IMG/VR virus record: IMGVR_UViG_3300044675_005263
Coordinates: 32,001-96,000 of that record
Reading direction: 5' to 3' (one strand)
Source of the DNA: a virus
Length of the DNA: 64,000 nt
The notes beneath the pieces are model-generated. The model ran no database searches, was not told the origin of the DNA, and was given only the letters and a program-made list of their open reading frames with translations. Both the position numbers and the translations under genes were made by a program. Every line of letters starts with the position of its first letter. Position 1 is the first letter of the stretch. Below are positions 37,079 to 48,600 of this stretch, piece by piece.

Positions 37079-39035
37079 GCATGCAATTGGTGAGCTCAGT
37101 CTTATCAAAGAAGACACAAAGATTATCCTTTGGTATGTCTCAGTTATTGAAGCATTCAATATTATGCAGCTTGGCCCTGAAGCAACAGACCATTGCATAG
37201 GAACTCTTAACCGCCTACTACGCTACGAGAATCTTGCTCCACTTACAGATGAGCCTAGAGAGTGGGTTCAAATTGGCGATGAACTGTGGCAAAGTATTCG
37301 CAATCGTGATGCTTTCTCCAATAATGGTGGAAAGACCTATAAACTTTACTCTGTCAATAATGACGTCGAGCATGAGACTATGAAGATGGAGCAAATAGAT
37401 GTTGAGTCCTAGATTTGCTAAAGTTATGTTGGCACACTACAGAAAGGAAAACCCAGTGGGAATAGCAGATAGCAGCAGGTTTGCAAAGTATTTAGAGCCT
37501 AAGTTCGGTTGGGGTCATGCTCAGTTTAAAAAAGATCTTGCAGATAAGATTGAAAAATCTAAAATTGATCCATCATGGAGACCTGACGAAGTTCTTCGCT
37601 ATGTTGCTAAGATGGTAAGAGATTCTTAATCTTCTAAGGGCATAGTTCGCACAGAAAAGCGTGGCTTCAAACTCTCGTCATAGTTAACATCTAGAAGTCC
37701 CAGCTTAAATAGTTCCATAAGACCATCATCTAGATCACGCATCCACAAATCATAAAATGGTGGACAGACTTCCTTCATTACAGGAGGATCCATAAAATAA
37801 AGATCTTTACCATTCTCATCAACTCCACCAATATAAAGAGCTCCAGCCTCTAAAAGCATGGCAACAAGAGCTTCCTCTTCAGGAGTTGGTTCTATCATTC
37901 GTCTTCGTCTTCGTCTGGAAATAAATTTGGGTCAGCGACAAATTCGATATTGGCTCCTCCATTACCACTTTCTTCAACGAGAAAAGCAACCAATTGGAGA
38001 GCTTGACGGTCAGTGAACCCAGCTCTTTTCAAGGACTCAAACATTTCATGCATGTTGGCAGCGTCTTGGTCTAAAGGGGTCATACCCTCAAACTCAAGAT
38101 CGTCCAGATTATCTTCTGGCATATCGTTCTCATCCATAACTAAAACTCTACACGCAAACCTAAACTTCTACTTTCTGTACGGGGGGACAAAACACACACA
38201 ACCCCCTTCCCGGATTTCTTCCGATTCGACTAATAACGGAGTGGACGCCGGGAAAATACAACTTCAGCTATAATCTCCATATGGCTTACTCACGATTTCT
38301 CGAAGCAGATGTCTATGTCTTCATGGCATCTGACTATCTTTACTGTTGCGCTTGCTGGTTAGACCCTCGATTGGAGCAGTCTGGTTTTGGTGCTACCAAT
38401 ACTCAAGCAATGATTGACCACCTCAAGGAGCACGAAGAGGCAGGTCACAGGGTTCCTCCCGCAATTTATGACGAACTTCTTGCAGATGATGCTGAAAACT
38501 TTCCAGTAAAATAGATGAGTGACTTCGACACTTGCTAAACTTATTGCTGTCTTTGGGCTATGCCTTGCGCTTACCTCTTGTGGCAAATATAACTTTGAGG
38601 ACATTTATCGCTATCCATGTCAGGATCCAGCGAACTGGGAAAGCCCAGAGTGTCTACCTCCCGACTGCGAAGCATTTGGAGTTTGCACTAAAGATGTAAT
38701 GAGGGGAACACCGCTTTATGATGAAGATTCTGAAAGAGAGGCTGCAGAAAATGCAAATGCCAAGTAGACGACCACGTTATACAACAGACGAGATTAATGC
38801 TCGCTTACGATTCTATGTTGGCCTCATGCTTGCTCTTACTGTTTTTGGATCAACAATGGCAATTATCTATGCCGTTACCTTTGTAACTCAGCCACTAGGC
38901 GAAGTTCAATCAGAAAATGACAAAGCTTTCTTTACCCTTCTTTCAACCACAGTCTCGTTTCTTGTTGGTGTTATTTCAGGCTTCATGCTCAATGGAACAT
39001 CTGCAGCTGGAGTTAAGAAAGATGAAGACGAATGA
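37071..39035. CDS. small hypothetical genes (+ ~37071-37412, 37399-37629; - 37626-37898, 37895-38137; + 38281-38514, lipoprotein 38519-38767, 2-TM protein ~38750-39035)
   Basis: ORF track; LTSC lipobox and RYPCQDP.NW...C.PP.C...G.C in 38519. Confidence 0.65.
38187..38264 (+). repeat. dispersed bipartite repeat copy 1 (others 40712-40790, 42436-42510)
   Basis: CACAACCC-N~28-TAACGGAGYGGRCGCCSGGAAAA. Confidence 0.8.
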
Positions 39036-39343
39036 GAGAGACCTCATCCAAAGATTTTGCAAAAGACGTTCTTACCTCTAAGGGTAAGGTCGCAGTTGAC
39101 TTTTGGGCCGAGTGGTGCGGACCATGCAGAATAGTTGCCCCTATCCTTGAAGCCCTAGCAGAGGACTTTCCAGAGCAGATCACCATTTATAAGGTTAATG
39201 CAGATGAAAACTCAGGTTTGACTGCAGAGCTTAAGATTAGCAGTATCCCAACCATTATCGTTTTTGAAGATGGAAAAGAAACTAAGAGAATCACAGGAGC
39301 AAAGCCAAGAGGAATCCTCATGGATGAATTTGGCTTAATTTAA
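39032..39343 (+). CDS. trxA: thioredoxin
   Basis: DFWAEWCGPC, SIPT. Confidence 0.95.
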   Translation: MRETSSKDFAKDVLTSKGKVAVDFWAEWCGPCRIVAPILEALAEDFPEQITIYKVNADENSGLTAELKISSIPTIIVFEDGKETKRITGAKPRGILMDEFGLI

Positions 39344-39344
39344 T

Positions 39345-40580
39345 ATGCCAAACAGAAACGCTCACAACAAAGTTGCAAACGTAGCCCAGCATGGTTATGA
39401 AAGCTTTCGTACCGACATGTTTGGTCGGATCAAGGTCTCAGAACCATACACACTCTTTGACTCCACTCACAGATATGAAAGATCTGGTGACTACAGCGAA
39501 GAGATATCTGGTGGCGGAACTGTTACCTATTTAGATAATGAAAGCAGTCTTTCTCTTAATGTTGGGACAGCTTCAGGAGACAAAGTAACTTTAGAGTCAT
39601 ACAAGGTATTTCCATACCAACCCGGTAAATCTCTACAAGTACTTCAAACTTTTGTTTTTGCACCGCCTAAAGCTAATCTTCGCCAGCGAGCCGGGTATTT
39701 TTCTAGGCAGAATGGTTTCTACTTAGAGCAGGATGGTTCTGCAGTTTATTTAGTTAAGAGAAGCTATATAAGTGGCTCAGTTGTTGAAACAAGAGTCCCA
39801 CAATCTCAATGGAATATTGATGCACTAGATGGAGATGGTCCGAGCGATATTGTTTTAGATCTTTCAAAAGCTCAAATTATGTTTTCTGAATATGAATGGC
39901 TAGGAGTTGGCTCGGTACGCTTGGGCTTTGCTATAGACGGCTACTTTATCCCTGTTCATATTTTCAATCATGCAAACAGCATTAGCTCCGTTTATATAAC
40001 TACAGCTTCCCTACCAGTAAGATATGAAATTGAAAACACAGGAGCAACTGCATCTGCAAGTAGTTTTAAGCAAATTTGTGTAAGCGTCGTCTCTAATGGT
40101 GGATACAGCCACGACGAGTCAAAAATATTTGCTGCAGTTAGAGAAACAGAAGTAAATGTAGGAACAACTCGATATCCTCTTGTAGCTATAAGAATGAGGT
40201 CAGGTAGGACAGATTCTGTAGTTATGCCAACATTAGTAGATATTGCATCTGGAACGGCTGGAGCAGGTATATGGGAGATTATTGAAAATCCTACAACTTT
40301 AAATGGTGGAACTTGGTCTACTACGAATTCTAGTAAAAATGTTGAATATAGTATTAATATGACAACAATATCTGGAGGAACAGTTCTTCGTCGCAGACTA
40401 TTTTCTACTTCAAACCAGTCTTCTGCAGAGTCTTCTTCAGAAGATCTTGCTACTTGGGATCTCCAGCTTGGAAGAACAAATTCAGACACCCCAGTAAGCG
40501 ATGTCTATGTTCTTACATTTAGAACATTTAAAAGTACTATGGATATGCAAGGAATGCTTGGCTGGCACGATCTACTCTAA
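39345..40580 (+). CDS. probable virion structural protein (beta-rich)
   Basis: D.FGR.KVSEP.TLFDS, YQPGKS, WLGVG.VR.GF motifs recalled from phage virion proteins. Confidence 0.55.
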   Translation: MPNRNAHNKVANVAQHGYESFRTDMFGRIKVSEPYTLFDSTHRYERSGDYSEEISGGGTVTYLDNESSLSLNVGTASGDKVTLESYKVFPYQPGKSLQVLQTFVFAPPKANLRQRAGYFSRQNGFYLEQDGSAVYLVKRSYISGSVVETRVPQSQWNIDALDGDGPSDIVLDLSKAQIMFSEYEWLGVGSVRLGFAIDGYFIPVHIFNHANSISSVYITTASLPVRYEIENTGATASASSFKQICVSVVSNGGYSHDESKIFAAVRETEVNVGTTRYPLVAIRMRSGRTDSVVMPTLVDIASGTAGAGIWEIIENPTTLNGGTWSTTNSSKNVEYSINMTTISGGTVLRRRLFSTSNQSSAESSSEDLATWDLQLGRTNSDTPVSDVYVLTFRTFKSTMDMQGMLGWHDLL

Positions 40581-40792
40581 GGAATCAAATGACTAAGCGT
40601 GAACGACTAGATCATAAGGTTCTACAGGAATCTCAAGACTATAAAGATCAACTAGATCAACTAGACATTAAAAGCCTGTGGGAAGAGCTAGACCAGCTAA
40701 TCCCACAAGACACAAAACAAACACACACAACCCTCCCCGGATAATCTGCCCCTCCCTCTCTTAACGGAGTGGACGCCCGGAAAAAACGAGTT

Positions 40793-41326
40793 TTACTCAG
40801 GTTTAAATTGCTCCATCACAATGTATGGAGGATGACTGTATATGTCATTCTTTACTGCCAAGTCCATCGCAGTCTTCCAATCAGCTCCCACCATCATTGC
40901 ACCTAGCGCAAAGCGAGAACCGCTACCAATCCCATAGAAGCCATCGTCACGGAGCATGACTGTATAGCTCTCATCTACCTCAAACAAAGTCCCACGAATA
41001 GCAATCAAAAAGAAAAAGCCAGCATCAGGATCATCTTTTGGAATCTCATACCCAGCTTCCTTAAGACACTTCTTAATGCTTGGAGCAACCTCAGTAATCA
41101 TAAACCGATATAGATCAACACCCTCTGGAACCTCTGGCGCTTCCCATGTGTACTGAATTAAGTCACAGGCATCAGCATCTCCAGAACCAGCAACTAAGTA
41201 CTCTCCAACCTGCGAAATCTTCTTCATATCAGGATGCGAGTAAGGTCTTCCCTTATAGTCCGTGGTACGAGAGTCAGCCACAATCATGCAGCCATGGTCG
41301 TTCTGAATGCCGATAATTGTTGTCAT
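40793..41326 (-). CDS. second Ntn-hydrolase, proteasome beta/HslV-like protease
   Basis: MTTIIG, ADSR, K, GIGSG. Confidence 0.85.
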   Translation of the reverse strand: MTTIIGIQNDHGCMIVADSRTTDYKGRPYSHPDMKKISQVGEYLVAGSGDADACDLIQYTWEAPEVPEGVDLYRFMITEVAPSIKKCLKEAGYEIPKDDPDAGFFFLIAIRGTLFEVDESYTVMLRDDGFYGIGSGSRFALGAMMVGADWKTAMDLAVKNDIYSHPPYIVMEQFKPE

Positions 41327-41391
41327 AGCCAGATCCTAGCATTAAGATCCTCTACCTGTTACTATTTTTGCATATAGAAAGGATCGTACAT

Positions 41392-41856
41392 ATGAAAGAC
41401 CCTCAGCAGCTTGCTATTTTTGATTACTACCAGCCACAGATCGACGATATCGCTGATGAACACGGGTACGAATCCCCTGAGTTTATCAAGCTAAGTGGTT
41501 GCCCCTGCGAATCAAATCATAGAACTTTACTTGCTTGGTATAAGTGTAATTTTGTAAAGTATGAGTGGAATGGTGAAAACTCTCATAAAACAGTTGTCGG
41601 AGTGCGTGAAGTAGGGGGACCTAACTCTCCTTGGGCGGTCTATACAAGGATTTATTCTGGTGATTACTACACTGAATACAATGGTAAAAAGAACAACTGT
41701 GGATATTATGAATATCAGTTCTTTTGTTTTGATACTCAAAAGGATGCTCTTAACTACTATCACGAGCTAAGAACTACCACTTGCATGGATTGTTGTCCTT
41801 ATGGAACACCTTGCAAAAATGTTGCTCCAATACTTATATATGTTGCAAGATTTTAA
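41392..41856 (+). CDS. hypothetical Cys-rich protein
   Basis: ORF track. Confidence 0.55.
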   Translation: MKDPQQLAIFDYYQPQIDDIADEHGYESPEFIKLSGCPCESNHRTLLAWYKCNFVKYEWNGENSHKTVVGVREVGGPNSPWAVYTRIYSGDYYTEYNGKKNNCGYYEYQFFCFDTQKDALNYYHELRTTTCMDCCPYGTPCKNVAPILIYVARF

Positions 41857-41879
41857 TGATTCTAAGATAGGTTAGTTTT

Positions 41880-42587
41880 GTGAAAGTAGACAAGCTTGAA
41901 ATGAACGAAAGTCGCCTTCAACGATTCTGGGAGAAGGTAGCCATCAAAGGCGAAGACGAGTGCTGGCTTTGGCTTGCTTCAGCAAACAGCAGAGGGTATG
42001 GATGTTTTGCTTACGAGAAAAACAATATCCAAAGCGCCCATAAGATGTCTTGGGCCATGGCAAAAAACAAAAACAAGATGTCAGACCCATCTATGCACAT
42101 CATGCATACCTGCGATGTCAAGCGCTGTGTCAACCCCAAACATCTCGAGATTGGAACACCCAAGCAAAACCAAAACGATGCCATCAATCGAGGCATTGCT
42201 AGATCTATAGGCGATATTGTTGGAAAGCCTAGCGAACAGAAACTTTGCAAAAACGGCCACACAAGAAGCCCAGAAAATACAACTTACCGATCCTACCCAG
42301 ACAGGAACGGAATCAAAAAAACCTACCCTCTTTGCAAGACCTGCCACCTAGAACAGCATCGCAACCATGTGGCTCGTATCCCTAAAGAGGTAAAAGCTGC
42401 CTACCAGAGGGCATATAGAGCCAGACGCAAGGCAGACACACCCACACCCACAACCCTCTCCCCCCTCACTCTCGTCCCGCCTTTAACGGAGCGGGCGCCC
42501 GGAAAATCACGTTTTGACACTAGACAAAACCAGAAGGCAGCCTCTAGAATAAGAAAAGGAGGTAAGACAGCCTCCCCGAAGGAGTGA
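41880..42587 (+). CDS. HNH homing endonuclease
   Basis: RFW.KV, CWLW, GYG.F, AH, MHTCD...CVNP.HL..GT..QN..D, C.NGH, C..C. Confidence 0.9.
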   Translation: MKVDKLEMNESRLQRFWEKVAIKGEDECWLWLASANSRGYGCFAYEKNNIQSAHKMSWAMAKNKNKMSDPSMHIMHTCDVKRCVNPKHLEIGTPKQNQNDAINRGIARSIGDIVGKPSEQKLCKNGHTRSPENTTYRSYPDRNGIKKTYPLCKTCHLEQHRNHVARIPKEVKAAYQRAYRARRKADTPTPTTLSPLTLVPPLTERAPGKSRFDTRQNQKAASRIRKGGKTASPKE

Positions 42588-44174
42588 CGATGGTTTTAGG
42601 TTTAGCAGTTGCCTATCTCTTGGGAAAGAGTAAAGGCATTAAAGTTGTAGTAGAACCAGAAAAAGAAGTTCCCACTGAAACAACTCTTGCACAGAGTTGG
42701 TCAGCTTTTGATCAAGACACTAGAAGTTTTGAAGAACTACTAGCAAATGCTAGATTAAGGTTAGAGAAAGAATGACAACTACTACAAGAAATATAACTTG
42801 CCCACTATGCTCGCAAGAAGCAGAGCTTCGCAGAGCAAACCATTGGACTAGATCCCCACGCTACCTAAGACAACTCAACCGACCAGCTTTTCTTAGATAT
42901 AACTCAAAAGGTCGCACAGATACTTATTTCAATGACGGACACGACTGTAAGGGAGATACAGGTGAGTAACGGAGTAAAGATGAAGAACAAGGCTGTTATA
43001 TGTCCTGTTTGCAAGGAAGAGATCGAAGTCCGATCAGCCTTTGCTTACATGACTCTTTCCAACCATATGAAAGGACATAAGGATGTTGCACTCGACGAGA
43101 AATAAAAAGATTGGAAGGTTCCTTGTCGGAGCTGGCGTTTGGGACAGTTGGGGATTTGGCTTGGACTATTGCCACTACTCAAGGGCAATCACCATCAACT
43201 TTATCCATTGGTATGCCTATGCAGAGTATTGGACTAAGCAAGAGGTTGTAGATGCAAAAGAGCGACAGGAGCACCCAAGTGAGTAGACCTATCGATCAAA
43301 CTAAGTATTACGACATCATGGATGATATTCATATCTGTTGTGATGCCCAGCAGTTTCGCTATGTCTGCAAAGCCCACGGAGAGTCCATGGGCTGCTACTT
43401 CTGCACATTCGACTACACGGAGCCTTGCGGGTGCGACGAATGAGTAAAAACCCAACTGATAAAGAACTTCGGGCTAGAGGCTATATGACCACAGACGAGT
43501 TTGTGGATAGGCTTGTCCCCGGCTTGATGGCGTATCTTCAAGGCAATCACTCTGAAAGCCTTTGCCACCCAGAGGACTTAATTGGGGACACTCTTTCTTA
43601 TATTGAAACTGCCTATCTTGTAATCTCTGACTTTGGAGCAAGCCCAGCTAAGAAACCAAACAAAACTACAATTGAAGCCATATTGGAGGCAAAGTGGATG
43701 CAATGACCCAATTCTCATACTTTTGCTCTCAATGCCCTGAAAGTGCTAGAGGCATCGTAAATAACAAAACTTTCCTAGATAGCGACGACTGGTGCTACGC
43801 CTGTGGCGCTTCTTGGGAAAAGGTAATGATTGTACGGTCCATAGGCTGAAAAAGGCATATGAAGCTTATAAAACAGCTCTAAAAACCATACATAGTTAAG
43901 TCTAAGTCTGTACATGTGATAGGCTTATTTACACGGGGAATTACCCCAGAAACGAGGAAATATGGACATCAACTGGAAACTACCGTTTGAACTAGCATTT
44001 CAGATCTCACTATGGGCAGTTGGCTGGATTTTAGTAGCAATCATCTGCATTATTACTTTTGCTGCTTTTTTGGCTATCGTTAAGGCTTCAATGACATTCT
44101 TCAAGAAGAGTGATGAGGCAGCAGCAAAAGCAAAGGCAAAAGCAAAGCTTCGTTCTGTTAAGACTGGGGAGTAA
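42584..44174 (+). CDS. run of small hypothetical genes (42584-42775, 42772-42969, 43083-43286, ~43279-43443, 43440-43706, 43962-44174)
   Basis: coupled ORFs, several Zn-finger-like or TM. Confidence 0.65.
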
Positions 44175-44900
44175 TTGGACCTCACCTTTCGATCAGATGT
44201 AGTCGTCGAATTGGTAAAGCACAGTGCTTCAGACCATGACGTGGCTTTTGCTGCAAAGGTATCTACCCAAGGTGAGAGGTCTTTTCATGGCGCAGATGGG
44301 TTCTCAGTAGAAGGAAACGAGAAGCTTGCTGGCTTGATTAACTTCTTAGCCAGAGAGCGTCATGGTTCTCCCTTTGAGCACTCTATCTTTACCTTCTATG
44401 TGAAGGCTCCTATCTTTGTTTGGCGTGAGCATATGCGCCATCGAATGGCTTCTTACAACGAAGAGTCAGGTCGTTATCGAGTCTTAGAACCAGAGTTCTA
44501 TGTTCCAAGTCCAGATCGCAAACTGGTCCAAGTTGGCAAGACTGGCGCCTATACTTTTGAAGAAGGCAGTTCAGAGCAGATGGCTATCACCATGGTTTCA
44601 TATAGGAGAACCTGTAAAGAGGCTTACTCTAATTATATGGACATGCTAGCAGCAGGTGTTGCTAGGGAAGTTGCTAGAGGAGTTCTCCCAGTCAATATCT
44701 ACTCTTCTGCTTATGTAACTATGAACGCTAGAGCTTTGATGAATTTCCTATCTTTGAGAATGACTGCTGAAGGATCACACTTTCCAAGTTATCCTCAAAG
44801 AGAGATCGAGATGGTTGCCGAAAAGTACGAGCAGATCTTCAAAGAGATTATGCCTCTTACCTACGATGCTTTTGTTAAGAACGGAAGAGTAGCCCCGTGA
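44175..44900 (+). CDS. thyX: FAD-dependent thymidylate synthase
   Basis: H.SPFEH, RHRMASYNEESGRY, REVARGVLP, N.R.L.NFL.LR. Confidence 0.96.
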   Translation: MDLTFRSDVVVELVKHSASDHDVAFAAKVSTQGERSFHGADGFSVEGNEKLAGLINFLARERHGSPFEHSIFTFYVKAPIFVWREHMRHRMASYNEESGRYRVLEPEFYVPSPDRKLVQVGKTGAYTFEEGSSEQMAITMVSYRRTCKEAYSNYMDMLAAGVAREVARGVLPVNIYSSAYVTMNARALMNFLSLRMTAEGSHFPSYPQREIEMVAEKYEQIFKEIMPLTYDAFVKNGRVAP

Positions 44901-45556
44901 GTGAAGGTATTGCATATTGCTATGCACGAGTATCTACTCAAATGCAAGCAGAAGATGGCATGAGTCTTGGCGCTCAAGAGAAGCAGTTAATTGCTGCAGC
45001 AGAGGCTGCTAACTATGAAGCTGTGATTCTTCGTGAAGAAGGTCGCTCTGGTAAAAGTATTCAAGGTCGTCCTGTCCTAAGAGAAGCTTTAGAAGATTTA
45101 GATGCAGGTAAAGCTCAAGCACTTTATGTAACTCGTCTTGATCGTCTTGCTCGCTCTACAAGAGACTTTTTAAGTATTGTTGATCGCTCACACAAGAACA
45201 ACTGGCGACTTGCAATGCTAGATCTTGGTTTAGATACTGCAACTTATCAGGGAAGATTTGTTGTAACAATTATGTCTGCTATGGCTGAAATGGAACGTGG
45301 AATGATCTCTATGCGTCAAAGAGATGTTCACGAAGATAGAAGACAAAACAAAAAAGTCTGGGGAGTAGATTTAGGACCACTCCCACAAGTACAAGAAATA
45401 ATTACAGAAAGAATCTTTTTAGAAAGAGAAGCAGGTCTTTCATATAAAATGATTGCTGATAACTTAAATAATGAAGCAATTCCAACAGTACAAGGTGGAG
45501 CTAAGTGGTACGCCTCTACTGTACGACACGTTTATTTAAGGAAGCAAAACGCTTAG
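44897..45556 (+). CDS. serine recombinase (resolvase/invertase type)
   Basis: YARVST, SG....RP, RLDRLARS, AEMER..IS.R, short C-terminal DNA-binding domain. Confidence 0.92.
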   Translation: MSEGIAYCYARVSTQMQAEDGMSLGAQEKQLIAAAEAANYEAVILREEGRSGKSIQGRPVLREALEDLDAGKAQALYVTRLDRLARSTRDFLSIVDRSHKNNWRLAMLDLGLDTATYQGRFVVTIMSAMAEMERGMISMRQRDVHEDRRQNKKVWGVDLGPLPQVQEIITERIFLEREAGLSYKMIADNLNNEAIPTVQGGAKWYASTVRHVYLRKQNA

Positions 45557-45628
45557 TTTATAATTAGTTCTGCAGGTTGGCGACACTAACTTGTAGGAAC
45601 TATCTACCCTACGCTGGGGGTTTACTAA

Positions 45629-48600
45629 GTGCGTCCTCGTTTACGCAAAATTAAAGTAAGGATTGGCGCTAAAGCCATCTCTTATATTCTTGCTGTCCCA
45701 ATAACCTCTGTTATCTATGGGATACTTAACCCATCAGCCGCTATCGCTGAGGACGCAACTCCTCAAGATCAAGGAGGTACTGGAAACACTAATGCAGTAT
45801 CCAGTGCGTCGTCGGAGGTGATCCCAACAGACACTTCAGTGGAACCAACGCAAGGTCCACTAGCTGAAGCGTCAACTGCTGTAGCAACAGCAGAATCTAC
45901 TGTAACAACACTAGAAACAAAAATCACTCAAATTACGGAGGTAGCAGCATCAATATCAGAACTTTCTCCAGTAGTCACAGAAGCTATTCAAAATGCGACT
46001 AGCTCAGTAACAGAAGCTGATAATGCTACGCAAACAGCAAGTTCAACAATCTCAGCAGCGGAGACAGCAGTTGCAACATCGGAAGCTGCCAATCAAACTT
46101 TGGCCCAAGCAACCTCCACAGTTGCGACCCAAACAGCAGTCGTAGAGACAGCACAGACAACTTTAACTCAAGCATCAACTGCAGTTGATACACAAGAAGC
46201 AGTAGTTACTCAAGCTGCAACAACTGCAACATCAGCTCAAGCAGAAGCAGATGCAGCAAACACATCTACAACAGTTACAGAGACTTTTGCTAATAACACA
46301 ACAAGCGTTGTCACTATTACAACTGGAACAACAACTGTAACATCATCTACAGGTAGTACAGGGGTTTCGATTGGTGGAAACTGGAATACTCCTCAAACTT
46401 CAGGATCTGGTCTTGTAATTATTAGTCCAGCAAACAATGTTGTTATTGATGTCAATCCATCTAACACTGGAACAGTCACACAAGTTGTAATGGGTGTCTA
46501 TGCTAAAAATGGCGACACACCAATCATAACAACAAATACTGATGGAACCACAACCACAACCGTTATGGATAACAACGTATCTCCCGAGCTTCAGTCTGTT
46601 AGCTACACTACAACAGAGACTGTTACTGGTACAAACATCGACACTGTTACTATTGTAAAAGACGCTGACTATTATGTCGTAGATAACATTGTAATTACAA
46701 AAACAACCTCAGACCCAACTCTTGTAGCAGCAGCTCAGTCAGCAGCTACTACTTTATCTACAGAGCAAGCAACTCTTACAACTTTACAAACAGCAGAAGC
46801 TACTGCTACTACAGCTTTATCTACAGCTCAAAACACACTTACTACTGCTCAAACAGAACAATCTACAGCTCAGATAGTTGCAGCAACAGCTGAAACAGTT
46901 GCTACGACTGCTACTACAACTGCAGTTGCATTAGTAGAACCAGCAGTTATTGCTGTAGCAGAAGCAGTAGTTACAGTTGCCGAGACTCAAATCATTGTGG
47001 CTGCAGCAGCAGTAGAGACCGTGTCCAACACATTACAGACAGTTGTTGCATCATCAGATGCTTTGCCACTACAGAAACCAGAAATAGTTGCAGTAGTTGA
47101 TGCTGCTGTAGATGCAGTTGTTGAAGCTCAGGAAGCAGTTGAAGCAGCACAGACTGCTATGGAAACAGCCACGACTCTTGCTCAGACAGCTCCTACAGTA
47201 GAAGCAGCAACAGAAGTAGTTGCAGACAAAACAGAAGTCCTAGCTCAAGCTCAAGAAGCAGTAGATGCCCAAGAAGTTGTAGTCGAAGCTGCAGCTACAA
47301 CAGAAGCAGCAGCTCAAGCTGTGGTTGATTCTGCTACCTCTGCAGGGCTTAAAGTAGAGGTCTATGACGTTAATGGGCAGAACAACGCACCAACTCTTCC
47401 TGCGAATGCAGTTCCAATTCATACCACTACAGATACAAATGGAATCAACGAGCAGTGGGGTAGTGGACCAGTTGCTGGCTCTAATAGATCAGAAGATGTC
47501 ATCGTCAAGTACACAGGTAATTGGACTCCTCAAACTACTGGAACTCAGTACCTACACGCATCAGCAGATGATGGGACAAGGCTTTATCTAGATGGAGAAC
47601 TTGTTATAAACGATTGGTATGACAAAGGTGGAGGTGGATCTACAGCTGATGTAGAGACAACTGCTGGAGTAGGTAAAGTTTTTGAGTTTTGGTACTACGA
47701 AAATGGTGGCGGAGCTGCTGTAATTTTAATGCGCTATACAGATACTGGATGGGAAGTAATTCCTGGTTCAGAGTTTAGTACTACATCTGCCACTTCAACA
47801 CAGCTAGCTACTTTGTCAGCAGCAGAAACCGTTCTTACTCAAGAGCAGGACGAGCTTGAAGTTTTAGATTTAGAGGAAGATGTTGCACAACAAAACCTAG
47901 CAGGAGCACAGCAGAATCTAGTCGTAGCTGAGCAAGCAGTTCAAGCTATGGAGACTGCAGTAGTTCTAGCTCAGATAGCAATTACAGAAACAGTTGAAGC
48001 AATTTCAGCTGTACAAACTGCACAGACAGTAGTTCAACAAGAAGTTATTCTTCAGAGCCCTATTGGAGCTCCAAGTAATATTGTTGTTACTCAACTAAGT
48101 AATGGTGATGTCCAAGTTTCGTGGGATCCACCAACAGGTGTAATCACACCAGAACGTTACGCAATCTCTTGGTCTATCGGAGGTAGCGGTTGGGGTGTAG
48201 CAACTGGTAACGCAGGAGATGCTAATGCTTTAAACACAACCATTGTTCTTTCAGCAGCTTTGTTTGAAAGCACTGGTGGGTTAGATAATACTTATCAAAT
48301 ATCTGTTAGATCAGATAACGATTCTCTTGCTAAATATTCAGACATAGTTGCTACTCAAGTTTTTGTTGATGACCTAACTCCTCCACCTCCTCCACCTCCT
48401 CCTGTAGAACCAGAACCTGAAGAACCACCAACTATTGACCCACCTGTGGAACCAGAACCAGAAGAACCTCCAGCTGAAGAACCTCCAGCTGAAGAACCTC
48501 CAGCTGAAGAACCTCCAGCTGAAGAACCTCCTGCAGAAGAACCTCCAGCTGAAGAACCTCCAGCAGAAGAACCTCCAGCAGAAGAGCCACCTGCAGAAGA

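Noticed and set aside
44897-45556. prophage integrase with att site at the tRNA
   Set aside because: only 219 aa, no host genes or att duplication seen; the whole window looks phage-derived
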